From positions 6,646,889 through 6,710,888 of the forward strand of contig CAVNZM010000012.1 of the NCBI GenBank assembly GCA_963693365.1: a stretch of 64,000 bases of DNA. Direction: 5' to 3'. A program made the position numbers and the translations under genes. The stretch comes from Amoebidium appalachense. Its lineage: Eukaryota; Protista; Ichthyosporea. The notes below the pieces were generated by a model. The model saw nothing but the letters and a program-made list of their open reading frames with translations. It was not told the DNA's origin and ran no database searches. Shown here piece by piece: positions 57,830-64,000 of the stretch; position 1 is the stretch's first letter, and every line of letters starts with the position of its first letter.

Positions 57830-59480
57830 AAGAGCCCCGCTGAGCCGGGGAGGAGGCGGGAAACGTGCTCCTGGTCAATTCAAGGGAGGGGGGAGGGGGG
57901 GGGGAGGGGGGGAGACCTGTGCCTGGTCAACGCACGTGCGAAGGAGAGGGGGAGAGGGAAGAAAGCCCCGGTGAGCCGGGGTGGAGGGGGGAGACGGGTG
58001 CCTGGTCAATGCACGCGCGAAAGAGAGGGGGAGACCTGTGCCTGGTCAGTGCACGCGCGAAAGAGTAGGGGAGGGGGAAGAAAGCCCCGGTGAGCCGGGG
58101 TGGAGGAGGGAGACGTGTGAGTGGTCAACGCACGTGCGAAAGGGAGGCGGAGAGGGAAGAAAGCCCCGGTGAGCCGGGGTGGAGGGGGGAGACGGGTGCC
58201 TGGGCAATGCACACACGAAAGAGAGGGGGAGAGGGAAGAAAGCCCCGGTGAGCCAGGGTGGAGGGGGGAGACGGGTGCCTGGGCAATGCACACACGCAAG
58301 AGAGGGGGAGAGGGAAGAAAGCCCCGGTGAGCCGGGGTGGAGGGGGGAGACGGGTGCCTGGGCAATGCACACACGAAAGAGAGGGGGAGAGGGAAGAAAG
58401 CCCCGGTGAGCCGGGGTGGAGGGGGGAGACGGGTGCCTGGGCAATGCACACACGAAAGAGAGGGGGAGAGGGAAGAAAGCCCCGGTGAGCCGGGGTGGAG
58501 GGGGGAGACGGGTGCCTGGGCAATGCACACACGAAAGAGAGGGGGAGAGGGAAGAAAGCCCCGGTGAGCCAGGGTGGAGGGGGAGACGGGTGCCTGGGCA
58601 ATGCACACACGAAAGAGAGGGGGAGAGGGAAGAAAGCCCCGGTGAGCCGGGGTGGAGGGGGGAGACGGGTGCCTGGTCAACGCACGTGCGAAAGAGAGGG
58701 GGAGAGGGAAGAAAGCCCCGGTGAGCCGGGGTGGAGGGGGGAGACGGGTGCCTGGGCAATGCACACACGAAAGAGTAGGGGAGGGGGAAGAAAGCCCCGG
58801 TGAGCCGGGGTGGAGGGGGGAGACGTGTGCCTGGTCAACGCACGTGCGAAAGGGAGGGGGAGAGGGAAGAAAGCCCCGGTGAGCCGGGGTGGAGGGGGGG
58901 AGAGGGAAGAAAGCCCTGGTGAGCCGGGGTGGAGGGGGGGAGAGGGAAGAAAGCCCCGGTGAGCCAGGGTGGAGGGGGGGAGAGGGAAGAAAGCCCTGGT
59001 GAGCCGGGGTGGAGGGGGGGAGAGGGAAGAAAGCCCCGGTGAGCCAGGGTGGAGGGGGGAGACGGGTGCCTGGGCAATGCACACACGAAAGAGAGGGGGA
59101 GACCTGTGCCTGGTCGGTGCACGCGCGAAGGAGAGGGGGAGAGGGAAGAAAGCCCCGGTGAGCCGGGGTGGAGGGGGGAGACGGGTGCCTGGGCAATGCA
59201 CACACGAAAGAGAGGGGGAGAGGGAAGAAAGCCCCGGTGAGCCGGGGTGGAGGGGGGAGACGGGTGCCTGGGCAATGCACACACGAAAGAGAGGGGGAGA
59301 GGGAAGAAAGCCCCGGTGAGCCGGGGTGGAGGGGGGAGACGGGTGCCTGGTCAATTCAAGGGAGGGGGGCAGGGGGGGGGGGGAGAAAGCCCCGGTGAGC
59401 CGGGGAGGAGGGGAGGAACGTGCTCCTGGTCAATTCAAGGGAGGGGGAGGAGGGCAGAAAGCCCGGTGAGCCGGGGAAGA
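57830..59480 (+). repeat. 79-bp G-rich minisatellite array with a CCCCGG-TGAG-CCGGGG hairpin in each unit
   Basis: Period of 79 (repeat ORF starts at 58179, 58258, 58337, 58416, 58495); shorter 40-bp sub-units at 58860-59050. Confidence 0.95.
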
Positions 59481-60269
59481 GGGGGGATAGGGAGGTAGTG
59501 ATAGGTGTACAGTGAGAGGGAGTGAGAAAGAGAGAGTATGGACTGTCATTATACCTTTTTTGTTAGCAAACACAGAGGTTGTAAATGGAACAAGCAGTCA
59601 GTAACAGAACTGCAGACGAACACCATGTATGTCGCTATTCCATTTGCATCGGCAAAAACGAAGTGTGGGGCAGCCAGGAGGAGAACAGAGGCTGAGCACG
59701 TGAATTGACTACTACTGGATGTATTGTGCTGCAACTATAATAGAATAAAAGCTCTTCTCTCCAAACTACAGTATTGAAGTGAGTGCTGACTACTCGTTCA
59801 AAAGCTGAAACGCGGTTACGAAACCCTGTTAAAATTATCCACTTGCGCAAGTTTTGTGCAAAATCAACTTTTTGATTTCATTTTTCCTTTGGATCTACAA
59901 AGGAATGTCAAATAGCAAATAAAGCTACTAGAACGCTCCACAAATAGCCTTTTTTGGGGTGAAGACAGATCACTCAACCAATGAAAATCGTCGATTCGGG
60001 TTTGTAGGTAATCTCAGTCTCAGTCAGGGCTCTTGAAGTGGCAAAAGACACACGTAGGCTTTGTTGGTGTTTGGGACTTTACACGTACAGGTGTCAGTAG
60101 CACACGCATATACAAGGTTTCTATATACATAGACTGCTCAATGCACTTACACACACAAAGATAATACGTACACACAACAGAGCGCATTGATGCACCAATA
60201 AGCATGCACCCACTCCCTCTCTTTTTTCTGCATCTTTTTCTGCTTTAAGCTACGCCTATTAGCCGGTGT

Positions 60270-61180
60270 CCATCTCCCCCTCTCTTTCGCACGTGCATTG
60301 ACCAGGCACACGTCTCCCCCCTCCCCCCTCCCCCCTCTCTTGAATTGACCAGGCACACGTCTCCCCCCTCCCCCCGGCTCACCAGGGCTCTTTTCCCTCT
60401 CCCCCTCTCTTTCGCACGTGCATTGACCAGGCACACGTCTCCCCCCTCCCCCCTGCCCCCCTCTCTTGAATTGACCAGGCACACGTCTCCCCCCCTCCTC
60501 CCCAGCTCACCGGGGCTCTTTTCCCTCTCCCCCTCTCTTTCGCACGTCCATTGACCAGGCACACGTCTCCCCCCTCCCCCCTGCCCCCCTCCCTTGAATT
60601 GACCAGGCACACGTTTCCCCCCTCCTCCCCGGCTCACCGGGGCTCTTTTCCCTCTCCCCCTCTCTTTCGCACGTCCATTGACCAGGCACACGTCTCCCCC
60701 CTCCCCCCTGCCCCCCTCCCTTGAATCGACCAGGCACACGTTTCCCCCCTCCTCCCCGGCTCACCGGGGCTCTTTTCCCTCTCCCCCTCTCTTTCGCACG
60801 TGCATTGACCAGGCACACGTCTCCCCCCTCCCCCCTGCCCCCCTCCCTTGAATCGACCAGGCACACGTTTCCCCCCCTCCTCCCTGGCTCACCGGGGCTC
60901 TTTTCCCTCTCCCCCTCTCTTTCGCACGTGCATTGACCAGGCACACGTCTCCCCCCTCCCCCCCTCCCCCCTCTCTCGGATCTGACCAGGCACACGTCTC
61001 CCCCCTCCTCCCTGGCTCACCGGGGCTCTTTTCCCTCTCTTTCGCACATGCATTGACCAGGCACACGTCTCCCCCCTCCCCCCTCCCTTGAATCGACCAG
61101 GCACACGTCTCCCCCCTCCTCCCCGACTCACCGGGGCTTTCTTCCCTCTCCCCGTCTCTTTCGCGCGTGCATTGACCAGG
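60270..61180 (-). repeat. Inverted array of the same minisatellite, about 127-bp compound unit
   Basis: GCTCACCGGGGCTC-type marker at about 60377, 60505, 60631, 60758, 60886 and 61014. Confidence 0.93.
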
Positions 61181-61480
61181 GGGAGTACCTGTGTCCGCCC
61201 AAAGCTGCATCAACCAGCGACTCCTTGTATATGCCCGGATTATTTTTCTGACAACATCCAAAACTTAAGCTGCAAAATTGGCCAGTTTCACTCCGTAGAT
61301 ATCGCCATGTTTATTGTAGTTTGTGTGTGGCTGGCCATGTCCAACCGGTGACATGGACTACATTTTGTCATGTATGTGGTCATTGAAAGCTTTTTACACA
61401 AATTCACAATTGCAGTGTCCACTGAGAACATATTGTCATTGTTGGTTAGTAATGTTAAAAATGCCATAAGCTGTCATCAA
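61115..61480 (-). repeat. Right arm of the 365-bp inverted repeat containing the IS607 left end
   Basis: 61180-61473 is a direct, slightly diverged copy of 22188-22476 with the tnpA ATG changed to TTG. Confidence 0.9.
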
Positions 61481-62350
61481 AGTAGCTTTACATGTGCTAC
61501 TATTGCGCACAAACATGAACACACCTAGTCTGCTCTTTCCCAATCCACGCCTCACTGACCCCCCCCCCCCCTCCCCCCCCCTCCCCCCTCCCCCCCCCCC
61601 AAAAAAAAAAAAAAAAAGAAGAAGAAGAAGAAGAAGACACACACAACACACACACACACACACACACACACTCCATCTAAGGCTGTGAGCTCCATCTGGG
61701 TTCGTTCGAGTTCTCCGGCTTCAGACGTTTACAATTCAATAGTATGTAATTTTAGGATTTCTCATCGCGACGACACTAATTATAAAAAGAAGGAGAATTT
61801 GAATATGGCACGGTCACTTATTCATGTACGCCTCATGATAATAACCATCACGTTTCCAATAGATGTTATGGTGTTGTTTTTCTTGTTTGCAGTAGGCTGT
61901 GAGTTTTTTAGGTTTCATAACCTTCTTGACCTAAATACCATTCAGTGCGAATGCGCATGCATATGCTGATTGCGATTGAGGAACAAAAAAAAAAAAAAAA
62001 AAGGAGTTCGATTTTGAAAGAAATGGGGGGCAATTGGCTGGTCCGGAGGCCTGGGTGAGGGCTGGATCATGTCCTTTAAGAGTCAGTTTCATAGCGCTAA
62101 TACGGAATAAGAAATGAAGGGAAAGATTTTATAGGGCAGAGGCCGGGGGGGGGGGGGGGGGGGGGGGGAGGGGAGGGGGGAGAGAGGGGGAGGGGGGAGG
62201 GTGGGTGGTGGCCGATATCCGGAAATCTACTACATAACCGCAAAGCATTCGATTCGGCACACGTGAGTCACATGTGCATCACACGTAAGTTACCATCACG
62301 GAAAAGAGAAAAAGAATGGGCTAAACGTGGGTGTGGGAATGGGCTAACCA

Positions 62351-62463
<113 letters not shown>

Positions 62464-62688
62464 ACATTTTTTTGTTTGTTTTTGCGCTCTGGGGGGGGGG
62501 GGGGGGGGGGGGGGCAGGCATGATGCAGCACATACTATAAGGCCACATGTGTACAGATATCATTAAAGTTACTTGCACAAACCGAGCAAGGAGTGCAACA
62601 AAACCCTTGCCTGATCGATAGGACTCGAATATCCCATGTGCCACCCCGGTTTGAGCTATGAACGGGTTTGGCCACGTCATTATCCTCC

Positions 62689-62719
<31 letters not shown>

Positions 62720-63407
62720 ACACCAAACCCCCCCCCCCCCCCCCCCCCCCCCCCACCCCGAGTTCCCAATACACACACACCCTGCAGCCGCTCCCGCCCT
62801 TGGGCCCTCCGGCCTCTCTTAAGCTTCAGATACCACCACCACCAAAAAAAAGGGAAAGAAGAAAGAAAAGAAAGGGAAAGAAAAAAAAAGGGAACGAATA
62901 ACGAAAAGAAAGGAGAGAAAAAGAAAAAGAAAAAAAAAAAAACTCGAGCCCCTAAAAACATCAATACACCCCCCCCTAGGTGGGTCTGGACCGTTCCCAC
63001 GGCACAACCAGCAGCAGGCCTGAGTATACATAGGCACATTAACACATGGCCAGTGTTCAGAGTATTACAACACATAATATTTTGGTCTGTCAGAGAAGAA
63101 CCGATGATGCAATAATGTCTGTATGCAAAGCAAGTACTAATTTATTCAGTAGTACTACCACCATTACGTAAGACTATGATGTGGTAGTATGATCATACTG
63201 AGGAGTGCGTGTCCGACAATTTCAAATGATTCGAACGTTGAGGCGTTTATGAGCATAAGAATTCAAGACGACATACATCTTGAATGGTTATGCATGGTTA
63301 GCAGGTAATTGGTAAGTCAATCTTGAGGCCCTGTGTACCTATATATATAGCTATCCATCCATCGCTCCCTCCCTCCCTCCCTCCTCCTCTCCCTCCTCTT
63401 TTTGTGT

Positions 63408-63454
<47 letters not shown>

Positions 63455-63648
63455 AATCTTTTGGATATCGGAGTCACAAACATTTCATGCGCATGGCATT
63501 GCATGCTCAGCCTTGTGTGTATCTTAAGCCCGGAAGATGTGCACGTGCCTGTGTTGCGCGTGACATCATGAGCGCACGTGTGTACGTGCATGTACTTGTG
63601 TGTGCGTGCGTGCGGGCATATGCTTGTGTGTGCATGTGTTGGTGTGTG

Positions 63649-63726
<78 letters not shown>

Positions 63727-63800
63727 GTCACCGTGTGTGCATGAGTGCGTGTGCGTGTGCGTTTGTGTTTGAGTGTATGCACATGTGTCTGTGTGTGCAC

Positions 63801-63874
<74 letters not shown>

Positions 63875-64000
63875 GGTGCAATATTTGTACATGGCATGGA
63901 TACAGTAGGAACATTTTACTGCTGACTCATCAAAATGAATGTTGTAACACAATCTCAATTTTTTTGTATGGACCAATTATCTGCGCGTGATCGCACTCAA

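Noticed and set aside
58006-59498. Long repeat-protein ORFs (up to 424 aa)
   Set aside because: The 79-bp period is not a multiple of 3; the frames are open only because the unit has few stop codons.

Overview
Eukaryotic, microsatellite- and poly-G/C-rich DNA with spliceosomal introns. The host cannot be identified from sequence alone; a unicellular eukaryote is plausible. From left to right: (1) a complete 1.14-kb copia-type miniature LTR element (TRIM, 98-1239, CTCCC target duplication) interrupting a secreted Cys-rich/glycine-zipper gene; (2) a 19-exon NOL10/Enp2 gene (minus, 4585-20977, about 667 aa by manual splicing); (3) a largely repeat-free island (about 21.4-26.6 kb) with a decayed IS607-type serine-recombinase gene, an overlapping Fanzor2/TnpB-like N-terminal frame, an unknown gene and an intact intronless giant-virus-type poly(A) polymerase; (4) a nested transposon stack: two chromodomain Ty3/gypsy copies, a 12.9-kb TIR element inserted in one LTR, a 183-bp satellite inside it, and a DIRS/Ngaro-like element inside the satellite; (5) a 7.7-kb segment bounded by inverted copies of the IS607 left end and holding opposed hairpin-rich minisatellite arrays. 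Most ORFs in the supplied track are microsatellite translations. Two stretches (about 31.4-32.4 kb and 39.6-40.2 kb) look like low-quality consensus. All family assignments come from motif recognition by eye; no searches were run.
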